The notes: a model not told the origin generated them from the letters alone. Counted from the first letter of the whole stretch, positions 1 through 12,519 are shown. The stretch is 59,011 nt of DNA, filler included, from Basidiobolus ranarum (GCA_040143965.1; 7 parts of 7 records of this genome joined end to end with filler, not necessarily neighbours in it); one strand, 5' to 3'. Translations and numbers: made by a program.

Positions 1-229
1 ATGTGCTTAGCTCATAACAAACATGCCTGTTAACCATGGGTGAAAATTTGGAGATGATTTGGAGTAGTTTTGAGAAAATAGTGAAAATTGGTAAAAGTGA
101 TCTAATTGATATTTCTATCAAGTAGAGCAATAAACACACATTTTTAAATGACAGAATTGAGTACTAAATAATCAGAATATGAATAAACTAACTACTAAAT
201 AATGAATTGCTATTTATTAAATTTCAACA
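1..229 (-). repeat. Partial LTR (family A), cut by window start
   Basis: Aligns by eye with 2900-3120 and 4015-4243 and ends ...TTTCAACA (TGTTG on the minus strand). Confidence 0.8.
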
Positions 230-401
230 TTTTGGTTCAACAAATCAATCTGGTTGCTCCATATAGATCTCTTCTTCTACATTTCCATTCACAAAGGCTG
301 TTTTTACATCCATTTAATGTAAATTAAGATTATGACTGGTTGATAGTGGCAGGATTTATCTAATGTAGCTAAACTAAGCTACTAGAGTAAATATTTCAAC
401 A

Positions 402-3120
402 AAATCAGCACCTGGAGCTTAGAAATAACCTTTTACAACTGATCTTGCCTTGTACCTTTTTCTGGCTCCATCAGCTTGGTTTTTGACTTCCTGTAAATTT
501 ATTCTGGAAACTGGTGTTCCACCATTTCCCAGCTTATTCCTCCTTCTGGATGAATGACTAGGTCCTGAATCATCTTTTAATGTAATTAGGGCTGGAATAT
601 TGGTCAAATTGGGCTTAGATACAGCCGGAATTCTGTCTGACACATACTGAATAGTACGGCATGTGTTTTTTTGGCATTAAGAACTCTGTCTTAAGTAGAT
701 AAATTAGCTTTTTCATCAAAAATTACATCTCTGTGCATAATCAACTACTGAATTTTGATATTGAACAGTCTGTAGGCCTTGAATCCAGCATAGTAACCAA
801 GATATATGCATTTTCTGCTTTTGGGTTCCAATATAGAACATATTTGAGATTGAATTAGATAATATACTGTACAACTAAAGATCCTGAGATGATCAACACT
901 TGGTGTTGGTCCATACAGTGCTTCAAATGGAGTTGAATTTTGTAGCAATCTTTTTGGAATTTGTTTTAGATACAGACTGCAGTGGAGACATATTCAGCTC
1001 AATATTGGTAATCTAACTTTTGTTTATGCAACATCAAGTTTACCATCACCACTATAGCCCTATTAGCACATTCTGCAAAACCATTTGGCTGTGGAGTATA
1101 AGGTACAATAATTTGTTCCTTAATTCCAAATTTAGAACAAAACTGGCAAAGTCTTTAGAGCAGTATTTTCCACCATTATCACTTTATAGCACCCTTATTT
1201 TTTTTGCTGAATCTTTCCCTACCAATGTTTGGTAAGCTTGCTCAAAGCTAAGGCTTTAGATTAGGATTTGAAAAAGAATACCCAGGTATATCTTGTTTTG
1301 TCATCAATAAAGGTCATAAGGTACCTTGTACCACCTAGTAAGACATTTTTTATGGGCCCACATAGATCAGAATGAGTCAAGACATAATTCTAAGTGGATT
1401 TGATTTCAGCATAGCCTGAAATTGGCCATCTGTGAGGTTTCCCATATTTGCAACCTTACTCAGAGCCAACTTGGTGATATTTTTAATTTCTAAGTCTGAA
1501 AAAGCTGATTTGGATCATGTGTGTCAGTTTCTGTTCCCCAATGTGGCCTTATCTTCTATACCATGTTTGACAGCTTTTTCACTGTTTTGGCCAGGTTTGC
1601 ATGCTCACAACACAATTTGTAGATTTCCAGCCTGTATAAGTTTTGAGTTTGTAACACAGTAACATGTTTGATATTATTCTGATCTTTTATATGCATCAAG
1701 CCTTGCTGAACACCCAATCTAATCCTTAAGTTGTAGCTTGGCTTAGTGAGAGTAGATTCTTGGCTATATTTGGTTTATAGAGTACATCAGCAAGTTTTGC
1801 AGATGGTGTAGCTGAATCTAGGTCTAAATTAAGTATAACAAGTAGGCCCTTGTGGTTTGGATGGGTTTCAAGTAGAAAATCAATCTTTCTTGCTAGACAT
1901 TTGCAGGGAAGCTCCTGAATCAAGGTACCTCATTTCCAAGTCTTCCTTAGTTGTTACTATTGGGGCAGACACAAATATATCATCCATGTCAGTGCTTGCA
2001 TCATTTGCATGTTCTGATTTTGGCTTTTTGGCAAAATTGCTTTGTCTGAAATCTTTGGTCACATGGCCTGGTTTCTTACAATATTTCCATATGATCAATT
2101 TCCTATTAAGAGCACCACTATTGAATCCTATTATATGTATTACAGCTCCAAAAAATGCCTGATGTGCATTATTTTGCTGAAAATTAAATCTCATTAATTC
2201 CTCTTTCAAACACCTAGAACCAAGATATTCCATCACAAATAGCTCTGATCTAGATTCTAGGACAAATGTGAGATTCACAAACTAATCCAGCAGGCTCCCA
2301 AGTAGGGTCATGCCTAAGTCATCCTCATATAGAGGTGCTCCAATGGATGAGAGCTGGTAGGCCATACTTTTATCTAATATATATCATTAGCCCTAGAATG
2401 ATGAGAATGATGTTTACCTAAGATATAGCCTGTTAGCCAGACCTTTAGCTCATATAGTCCCTCAAGTGTTTCTAACACTGTTGGGATGCTTTTGGCTGAG
2501 TGTACATGCCTTAAGGTATAGTCTTTGGGATGTAGACAAAGTGTAGAGAGTGCTTACCTCTGCCTCCAGTGAAAGTCAATGATAGCTTCTGATGGTCCCT
2601 TTAGATCCATTTCTTCTCCAGTAACAAATTGCCAAAGATCCTTGTCTCTAGCGTCATTTGCATCCTGAACTTCCAAAGGTGAAAATCTCTGCCATAAACT
2701 TGTCTGTGGATGCAAAACTATTGGTAATAGTACTGGGAGACATTCATTTTGCAACTAGCTTGGGGCTTGTCACCTGATAAAAGTGCATAGGGTAATTGGA
2801 AATGTTTATGAAAATATTTGAATTTTTGTATTAGATACTTAAGTTTTATTGAATTGAATATGTCCTAATTATTGTTTACTCCAAAATACCAATATTGAAC
2901 AGGCTTAGATCATAATAAACATGCCTGTAAAGTTTGGATGAAAATTTGAGATGATTTGGAATATTTGGAGAAGGTGAAATGGTGAAAGTGATTTAATTGG
3001 TATTTCTATCAATTAGAGCAATAAACACACATTTTTGAATGGCAGAATTCAGTGCTAAATATTCAGAATATGAATAAAAAAATTATTAAGTAATGCATTG
3101 TTATTTACTTAACTTCAACA
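402..3120 (-). mobile_element. Decayed Ty1/copia LTR retrotransposon (5' LTR, gag, protease, integrase, start of RT)
   Basis: On the minus strand, the LTR (3120-2775) is followed by gag (DLWQFVTGE), a degenerate Zn knuckle (YCKKPGH), protease YLDSGAS, integrase remnants (HSDLCGP, DNGGKY, TPFEALYG..PSVDHLRIF, LEPKSRKCIYLGY) and the RT start KARSVVKGY. PR-IN-RT order is copia-type. Many stops and frameshifts. Confidence 0.9.
2775..3120 (-). repeat. LTR family A, 5' LTR of the copia element
   Basis: TG...CA termini, 346 bp, directly abutting the gag leader. Confidence 0.85.
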
Positions 3121-3539
3121 TACCTTAAGATGCAATCTATGAGTTCTTGTTGCCATTGTCCATGCAACTGATTGGCCAGCTGCAAAAAAAGAAGTTGTAT
3201 TTTTCATATACCATCAAACTTTGAATGCCCTGTAGGGATTCTGGAGAACAGGGGAGAATACTTTCTGGAAATAAAACTTAGAGCTTGTTTGGAACTACAA
3301 TATATCAAGCCTTTGAATAGCTCTGCCTAGCATCCAAGGACCATTGCAGACACTGGGAGATTTCATGAACTTTTTAGCAAAACCCCACTCCAGTATGTCA
3401 ATAGAGCAGTACATAAGTAAAATGAGCACATTGATCAAGCCAGATTCACCTGCAAATATCAGAGCATATTGTACAGCTCAGAAGTCCCCTATCTACTATT
3501 TAGTTTGTGGTTGATGCTCAAAGATTCCAGGAGACACAG

Positions 3540-3888
3540 TGGGAAAAGCATTTATGGGATTTGGAAGTGTTTTGGACAAGATTTGGATTTGTGAATCAGA
3601 CCCTTATACTTTATTAAGTTGAATACATGCTACCAATTGTTTACTATGAAACAGGACTATTAGTGGTGATTGAATCACAAGAAACAGGCATGTGAAGCAT
3701 GGGTGAAAATTGAAATAATTGGGAAAAGTTTTGAAAAAATGGTGAAATTGATAGCAGTGATCTAATTTATATTTCTCTCAATTGAAGCTATCAACACACA
3801 TTTTTGAATGGCAAAATTGAATGCTAAATAATCAGAATATGAATGACTAACTACAAAATAACAAGTTGCTATCTACCTAATTTCAACA
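3540..3888 (-). repeat. LTR family A, diverged solo copy
   Basis: Homologous to 2775-3120 and ends TTTCAACA. The left boundary is approximate. Confidence 0.75.
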
Positions 3889-3892
3889 TTCA

Positions 3893-4243
3893 TGATAAAA
3901 GTGTTTAGGGGATTTGCAAGTGTTTGGGTCAAGATTTGGATATGTGAATTAGACACTTAAGTTTTACTGAACTGAATATGTCCTATCTATAGTTTACTAT
4001 GAAATAGAACTATTTGACATGCTTAGATCATAACAAACATGCCTGTTAAGCATGGGTAAAAATTTGAGATGATTTGGGGAAGTTTTGAGAAAATAGTGAA
4101 AATTGGTAAAAGTGATCTAATTGATTAATCTATCAATTAGAGCAATAAGCACACATTTATGAATGGCAGAATTGAGTGCTAAATAATCAGAATATCAATA
4201 AAAAAACTACTATATAATGAGCTGCTATTTACCTAATTCAACA
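3893..4243 (-). repeat. LTR family A, solo copy in tandem with the previous one
   Basis: TGATAAAAGTG...TTCAACA, homologous to 2775-3120. Confidence 0.8.
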
Positions 4244-4480
4244 ATTAACAGGCCCAAAACAACTGAAAGCTATTCTAGTCTGGCAAGTACAAATCTCACT
4301 GGGTAAAGTTCCAGGCTTTGACTGATTTGGAAGAAAGCATCAATTGGTTTAGTAGGCCACATCTGGGGAGACATCATGACAAGAGGCTTCAGGTTGGGAG
4401 GCATCAAAAGGCTTGGATGTGTTACAGCTAACAAGAGGCCTGGAGGAGAGATACTCATAGAGAGGCAAATGATTTATAAT

Positions 4481-4662
4481 GGACTTGTTCTCTGTGATAG
4501 TGCCAAATTGTGCTGTATATATGATATTGGATAAAGTATTCTAAAATATATGCGGCACAATTTGGCACTATTCAGCACCCTCTGGTATGATAAATTTCAA
4601 TCACATTTACTCTAGTATATTGATTGAAGGTCTGATAAATCCTGGCACAATGGAACAAGTCT
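4481..4662. mobile_element. ~180-bp MITE (PIF/Harbinger-like), copy 1
   Basis: Ends GGACTTGTTC...GAACAAGTCT with AAT on both flanks. Homologous to 24794-24974. Confidence 0.7.
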
Positions 4663-5059
4663 AATGACATTTTTTTCCATTTTAAAGCAAGAGTAGAACA
4701 TAGCTTTGGTTTCCTAGAGAGATATATCAATGTAGCAGGAATGTACAGAGGAAAATGATTTTGTGGGCCTCAATCAAGGTTAGGCAAAGTAGTCAAAATC
4801 TTGAATAATTCTCAATTCATTCATACTCAAAGATATCTATTGAGAGCTCTAGATTTAAGACACTATGAATAAAGCTTTCATCATCTTTTGAATGTGCAAT
4901 AATGTCTAAAAGTACTTTTCTTAAATATACCACATAAGTAAGATAAGCTATTTCCAAAACGGTAAATAACATCATGCCAGATAGTGCCCAATCATACCAA
5001 TTTGTGCTGGCACACTTTTTAGCTGGCCTGATTTGGCTCAATAAAATGGAACAAGGCTA

Positions 5060-7050
5060 AGCTGTTAAAGAATAGAGGGCAGTAGTTTTTTTCTTAATTC
5101 CATGAACTTTACCAAAGTGCTCAAATAGTGTTGAAGTATATTCTCCATCATTATCAGCATGTATTTTCTTGATTTGAGTTCCAGTTTCAGACTCCACAAG
5201 TGTTTTAAAATCTCTTTAAATAGGGAGAGCTTCTTCTTTTCTTTCAATAAAGTTGACCCTAGTGTGTCATTTGTAGTCATCAATGACTGTGATTCAGTAT
5301 CTCATTCCCCCTGAAGAAAAATTTGGCATAGGTCCACACGTATCTGAATGAATTAATTCCAATTTTTTCACATATATGATTAAACCAGAGTTCTTGATTC
5401 TGAAATGGGAAATAACTTTGTGCCAGATGGTGCCGAATTGTTCCAATTTGAGCTAGCACACTTTTAAGCTGGCTTGATCTGGTGCAATAAATTGGAACTA
5501 TTCCATCAGATCAGTAAGGCAATAGGTATATACAATTTTATCAGCATCTATTGCTTCTCTAGCAAAGTGAGATCTACTTGTTTTTGCATGTATCTTAAGT
5601 CTGTATATAATTTCCTTAACCACATAGCTTCTTGTGTAGTAGCAGAGGCAGCCATACACTCTGCTTCTGTAATGGAAAGTTCTATATTTGGTTTCTTCTA
5701 ACTATTCTAAGTGATGACTCCATTATCACAAAGAAATTTGTAACCAGTTGTTGATCTTTGATCATCAAGATTTCTTCCCCAGTTTGCATCCTTGTAGCCT
5801 TAAACAATATGTGCACCAGGAGGGCTTTAGTATTCCACAACAAGATCTATAGTTCCTCTCACACACCTGAAAACTTGTTTGACCACTATTTTGTGCTGAG
5901 ATCATAGATTTTTGAGATATGGGCAGACAGTCCCCACTGCCACAGCTGTGTCTGGACATCTTCCAACCATTGTATACATTTAACTACCCACCATTGATTG
6001 AAAATGAAACTCCTGGTTTTGATTTGAGTCATTTTGGGCCAAATTGAATGAATTTTCAAATAATTTCATATTGGGATCTATTGGTGTTGATGTAGGCTTG
6101 CTGTTCTCCATGTTGCAGAGTTTGGTGGTTCTAGGATGTATCCAGACTGAGTCAGTATGATTTTCTGATTGGGTATATTGCTCTTGATTTGAATTGCAAG
6201 AAAATAACTTTATTTACACATATCAGTCATCTGAAGTTGATTTAATAAGTGGCTTTTCATCAGGTTAAATGGTTTTTTATTGTTCCAGTGATTCCTAATA
6301 GGTGTCTTTTTTGCTGCACCATGCCACCAATGCTTGCTTAAGTTTGTGTAGCATTTTGCAGCTTACAAACCACATCAGGGTGTTATGGGTCAACAAATCT
6401 ATCAGGATGCCTGATAGAGTTATCTTCATCTAGATTTCCATTCAGAAAGGCTGCCTTTATATAAACCTGTAATTGCTGCTTTTGGGTTCCAATTTAGAGC
6501 AATTATGACCTGAAATCAGGCAATATGATGTGCAATCAAGGATCCAGAGATGCTCCAAACTAGGGTTTGATCCATATATGGCTTGAAATGGAGTCAAGTT
6601 CTGTAGCAATTTTGTTGGGCATCTGGTTTTGATATAGACTGTGGTGTAGACATGTTCTGCCATATATTGGTAATCTTTTTTTAAATCATATAACACTTAT
6701 CTTGCCATCTCCAATATGGTCTTGTTAGCACATTCTGCAACTCCATTTTGCTGCAGAGTATAAGATACAATGGTCTGTTGCTTACTTCCATGTTTAGAGC
6801 AAAAACTAGCAGAGTCATTAGAGCAGTATTGTACACTATTAACACTCATTAGTACCCTTATTTTTTGTGCTCATTCTTTCTCTTCCAATGGTTTCAAGTC
6901 TTCAAATGCAGTAAAGGCTTCAGATTTTGATTTGAGAAGGAATGTCCAAGTATATCTTGTTATGTTATCAATAAAGATCATAAAGTATTATTGGCCACCC
7001 ACTAAGACACTTTTCATCAGTTGGCTTTTGCTGCATTTCATCCCTGAGTA
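5060..7050 (-). mobile_element. Scrambled copia pol fragments (two integrase pieces and an RNase H piece)
   Basis: Minus strand: RNase H-like SITEAECMAASATTQEAMWLRKL (~5600-5680) and integrase-like TPFQAIYGSNPSLEHLWI..KLEPKS (6457-6696). A second integrase start lies near 5060-5350. Confidence 0.75.
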
Positions 7051-7101
7051 AACTCATCCTTTGCAGTGATTTGGTTGAGGAGGCAAGAACTGCCAAACAT
7101 C

Positions 7102-7338
7102 AAACTCAAGGTAAGTGACTTGCTCCAACATGTCCTGCCATGCAACTGCAGTCACAACCAGTAAAATAGATGAAGATTCTACCGTGGTTGAAGAAGCAAT
7201 AACTGTTGAGCACAAACCTCAAGGTGGATGACTTGCTCCAACAGGTACTGCCATTGGACCATGGCCGCTGGCAGTCAAAAGTAATGAAGCTGCTACCATG
7301 GTTGACAAAGCAATAACTGTTGAGCATGAACCTCAAGT
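7102..7338 (+). repeat. Diverged tandem duplication, ~112-114-bp unit
   Basis: TGACTTGCTCCAACA...AAGCAATAACTGTTGAGCA..AACCTCAAG occurs twice. Confidence 0.75.
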
Positions 7339-8366
7339 GAGACATTTCAGGTCAATATGTAGAGCTGGGCACCAGCAGCAATGGCTGGTTGACCCATTAA
7401 GTGAAGGCTCCACATCTGAAGAAGAGACTGTAGATACAAACAAACCAAAAACTAGACCAGACAAGCCAATGCATATCACAGTGCATTGACCTCAAGACAC
7501 AACTCATACTAGCCAAGGTAGAGGAAATTCAGCAGGATCAAACCCACTAACTCAGTGCAGAGGTTCAAGCAAAGATTCTTCCATGGAAGTATTGAGGAGA
7601 CAACAAAAGTAACAGAAGCAAATCAGCATGTACTGCTTTAAACCTAGGCAACTGCTGAATACTCTTGTTAATACTTTCATTATCCTATCTCTGCTGTTCA
7701 GTGCGTCATGCAAAATTGATATGGATTGCAATTAAATATAGCATAAATTGCTTTAATTGGATCATGATTGCTTATGTCTTTATGAAACACTGATAGCATA
7801 AAATTGTCATATATTAAAAAAAACCAATGTTAGCCTATTAACAAAAGTGATTTCACTACAATCAAATGAAAAATGTCTGTCAATAAAAAGCTTGCACAGC
7901 TGTATTGGCTTAATATGGTTCAATCCATTCACATTCTCACCCAATTAGAAGCTTATATGATGGAATGAATAATTTGCTGATCTGAAAATGGTGAATCAAG
8001 CAATCCTGATCATTACTATCATGCTGAAGATCAATCCATCAAGTGCTGTGATTTGCAACCAGTGCACCAAAACTACTGGTTTTTGTAATGCAGGAGCCAT
8101 TGGGCCCAATTGAAAATCAGGATACTGTGTTAGTGAGGGACAAATAATTGGCCTAAAAGCATGTGAATGTCTTGGTTATACATTTGATAGGGTAAGTTAC
8201 TGTATAAATTATTTGTTGATACACTATCAGTAATTTGTAGCTTACAAACCAGTGGATGTACTTGCTTTGTCAGTTACCCAAAATCTTAATTTGGCAATAC
8301 TAAATTGGGTAACTTGGTACAGGCTGGCACAATATCTCCAATAAAATCATCATGTCCAATTGTGGT

Positions 8367-8466
8367 NNNNNNNNNNNNNNNNNNNNNNNNNNNNNNNNNN
8401 NNNNNNNNNNTTAATTAATTAANNNNNNNNNNNNNNNNNNNNNNNNNNNNNNNNNNNNNNNNNNNN
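8367..8466. other. Artificial contig linker
   Basis: N44-TTAATTAATTAA-N44, with stops in all six frames. Confidence 0.98.
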
Positions 8467-10146
8467 TGGCTATAATATACTGGGAGGTTTCGGTTCTTTT
8501 CATACAGGCATTTGTCAGCGCAAGCCAGTTCTACTGTTATACAATGGCTTCATCCTTTCAACTACTTGAGACCTAAAGGTGGGCTGATAATATATCCTTT
8601 TTATTACAGCCAGGTTCAGGTGGAAGCTACTAATATTTAACAGTTGGTAGGAGCAGATCTACCACAATTCATTGCTGATAGTACACTTCGCCAGTATTGT
8701 ATATATAGACCAATAGTTTGGACAAATTGCAACTACTGTAATTCATGATTGATTTAAGAAGACGACATTGCTAGCCAATAGAACTCATATCCAAACAATC
8801 TTGTTTATATCGGGTAGAGTTCACTTGAAAATCTTGGTGAAGAGGACTCGGGTATTTCTAATATACATACAGAGCTCTCAACCTTCCTGCATAGATCAGT
8901 TGGACATGGATACATCTAATGGCTCAAAGCATATCGCTTGAGATGAAGTCTAGCTTTCCAATACGCCTGTATACAAAATGAAGAAGAATGAGGCTACATT
9001 TACATGTCTACATCAAATTGACCAACCTACATCACTCATTATATGGTCAGCATGTTAAGAGGTTTAATAACGAAGTGTGATGCTTATCTTACATGAATTT
9101 CTATAATTCAATCTAGCTGATCTTCGCTCAATCAGCCCCTATCATGAAGCTTAGATTTTGTCTGGGATATTGAATTTCCATCGCTTTCCATATATTGATA
9201 AGTCTGATAAGCTTTTTCCGCAGGGAGGAAGTGCCTTCTTATCAGATAGGGTGGCAATTTATGCTGGCTAGATCTTGGATTAACAAGCCTCAAGCAGCAT
9301 TGATTAGCCCTGGGTGAATTTGTTCGACTGTTTCATACATGGAAATTGCCGATGCTGTCCGCTCAATGTGCAGGAGACTCTTCAGCAGCAGGTGTATTTC
9401 CCGCTTAGGATAGAAAATGAAGTGATGAGCGAATGGTGTATTAACTGATGATCGTGTGACAACGTTCATATCGTTTGAAGTTTTCGTGACACAACATACA
9501 CATCGTTTGGCCACTCTAAAGGAATCTGGTTGTGCAGTTAGGGCGGTGTACTTCAAGGTCGAACACAGTGGTGAGCCGCGGTTGCAGCCGGTGGGGAGTA
9601 TGCAATATGGTATGGGGCATGTTGGCTGATAACATCCTACGGTCATATGTCATGCCAGGCTTACCAGCATAAAGACTGGGCCTATTAGTAATGAATGTGA
9701 GGAGATTGGCTGTGCTATTAGTAATCTCTGATAGGATGCTACTGCTGGAATCAATAGCAACTTGAGGTAATCTCTATGCATCCTTCAGATTCTATAAGCA
9801 TATTCCGAGGCGTGTGAGTTTTTGGTGTAATCAGTTCATTCATTTGGGGTTAATTTCAAAATTAGTCAAGTGAAACTCCACCTTTAATTCCATTATCGTT
9901 GCAACCCCCAGAATGGACCTGATCCATAGATCTGGGGGAGTTTTTCAGATCAGCTGTTTGAGAATCAAAGACCAAGTGTCCTGGAATTTTAAATTGACTT
10001 CGGTTTGTTCAAGCATTTTTATAAGCATTGGTCAAGTAGTATTCGCTTTGAAGGTCCACTATTTGCTTCTATCAAGTATTCTGCAAAGAATACCCTTCTC
10101 TCTCTAAACCAGTACTTCTTATCTGTTTCTCGATAGACTTATTTGA

Positions 10147-11501
10147 ATGACCACCTCATACTTTGATCCCAAAAGGCACGGGTACTTTGGTAGAGTCTTA
10201 ATGAGTAACTTTTCGGGCTAGCATTATACAAACTAAGCACTTTTTTTATGAATGTAGGTGCTGATATCGGCGGCAGCTTGGCCAAAAGTAAGTGGTTGAA
10301 AATAAACCAAAGTTTTTCTTAGATATCCCTTTTTGCTGACTCTGCTTCAGTCATGTTCTATGAGCCCGAAAACGACCCTACCGTTTCGAAAGTTCGTGAC
10401 TTTGTGTTATCCTCGACTACGTATGGTTCAACTGGTCAGAGAGATACACAGTTGACCGTATCTCTTCCCAAAGCGAAGCTTCACTTCATACTATTCGAGA
10501 CAAGTAGGATGTACCAGGCGGTAAAACTCATCAGCTCCCAAAATATGTTGAATGGCGTCAAGAGCATTTCAGTCACGGGGGGTGGTGCTTTTAAGTTTGC
10601 TGAATTGGTTAAAGACGAGCTTGGATGTGTTATCACTAAGGCTGACAGATGAACTGCTTGATTCATGGTCTCAATTTCCTGTTGAAAAATGTGCCCGATG
10701 AAGTCTATTACTTTGCCCGTCCTGAGATCGACGAGAACGAAGAGAAGGTGATTTGTGATGTACGCGAGGATATGTTTCCATACCTTCTAGTTAACGTTGG
10801 AACTGGAGTATCAATCTTGAAAGTTTCCAATTGGGATGAATTTGAAAGGGTTTCTGGTAGTGGTTTAGGTGGTGGTACCTATTACGGCCTATGCAGACTA
10901 TTAACCCAGGCCAAGGATTTCAGCGCCACCCTTGAAGAAGCTGTCAAAGGGGATGATAGTAAGTGTAACATGACGGTTGGGTAAGTTGATTTCAAAATAT
11001 GTGATTCTTTGTAACTCTTCGAGCTAAGTGGCACTACGTCTTTCAATTTTTAGAGATATATATGGTGGATCATATGGGTCTTTAGGACTAGACGCTAATA
11101 TGACTGCTAGCTTCTTCGGAAAGGTGATAATGGGGGATTCATATAAAGATAACGTGAAGGAAGCAGATATCTGTAAATCCCTACTACACATGGTAACGAA
11201 TAATTTGGGACAAATAGCATATCTCAATGCACGCCTGCAAGGCATGAAGAACATTTATTTTGCTGGAAACTTTTTGAGGACGAACAAAATTGCCATGAAG
11301 TATTTATCAAAAGCTATTCACTTCTGGTCAGGCGGTGAGATGAAAGCGTTATTCCTACAACATGAGGGATTCTTTGGGTATGAGCTATTTTCATAATTAT
11401 CTACAATTGATACACCTTTGCCACCTCTATTAACCGGTACCATCAGGGCATGCGGTGCATTTTTAGACTCTGAACAACCGAATCGTTGCGAATCATCATA
11501 A
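10147..11501 (+). pseudogene. CAB1: Type II (eukaryotic, fumble-family) pantothenate kinase with a 1-nt frameshift at ~10647; pseudogene, assembly error or recoding
   Basis: Spliced model: MTTSYFDPKRHGYF/GADIGGSLAK/...VTGGGAFKF...[shift]MNCLIHGLNFLL...PYLLVNVGTGVSILKV..RVSGSGLGGGTYYGL...NNLGQIAYL...YFAGNFLR...FLQHEGFFG/ACGAFL. Four GT-AG introns. Confidence 0.85.
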
Positions 11502-12519
11502 TGAGGTATCGTATACTGTACCCAATTTCTACACTCATTGATCTTTTTCTTGGCACAAAGAAGAGTCGAATTTTCGGACATTAGTAAGCATTCTTATATT
11601 CACTGCCATGGAAAACCCCTTAGATTTTCTCGCTTTACCCTACTCTACCCCACTCTATTGTACCTTCATTTATCCGTTCTGCCACACTCATTTGACTTGG
11701 TCTCTTTCAAACTACACTTCTCATTGTGAAATAAATATTCAGCCATTGTAGACGCTCCCATAACCACTACTCTGTACATTTTCAGACAGATCAAATGCTT
11801 AAACAATACAGACTAGCAGCTGCTTTCAGAATGTGGGATAGTTAGATTCCTCATTACAAATCATAGGCACTTCATAGCGGATAGCGATTATACGGGATAC
11901 GTACTGACTGATACATGCACATAACTCACACATCATTTCCCAGATGGTGGTACCTCATTCACATCATCGACACGAGTAAAGTACAATACGATATATTGCT
12001 TTGGAAGAGACTTGAACAGATTTCACTTGGAAGGATCCCAAGTGTCCGAATTCATCACGTTAATGCAGGGCTCATGACTGTAGAAACAATCATCGGTCAA
12101 TGAAGAGCATTACTTTATATGGAAAGTACAAGTAAGGTTCACCAGTGAATACTTAAATAGTCCATTGGTTTCCAAAGCGATCGAATGTTGAGAATGATGG
12201 ATATATATGGGCTTAATAATTTAAGATCGATTGATTTACATGCCAGCAAAACTGGTTATGAACTGCACTCATTCCCCAAGCACAATTCACTGGGGCTATA
12301 TTGCTGACCATATTCGCATATGGCGTCCAAAGCGAAGATCTTAAAGGATTTTATTGGAACATACTAAGAATGCTGCTCTTTGTTAAATATATACATAAGT
12401 GTGAATATCTAGTACGGTATTAGCCACACGAGTGGAACAATCGAACATTCAAGCCCAACACTCGGGGCCACTTCGGATCATTACATACCTTCCAGATAGT
12501 ATGATTCAAGCAATGCTAA

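Noticed and set aside
9290..9646. 118-aa minus-strand ORF in a CG-containing patch
   Set aside because: No recognisable motif or splice structure, so it cannot be supported as a gene without a search.
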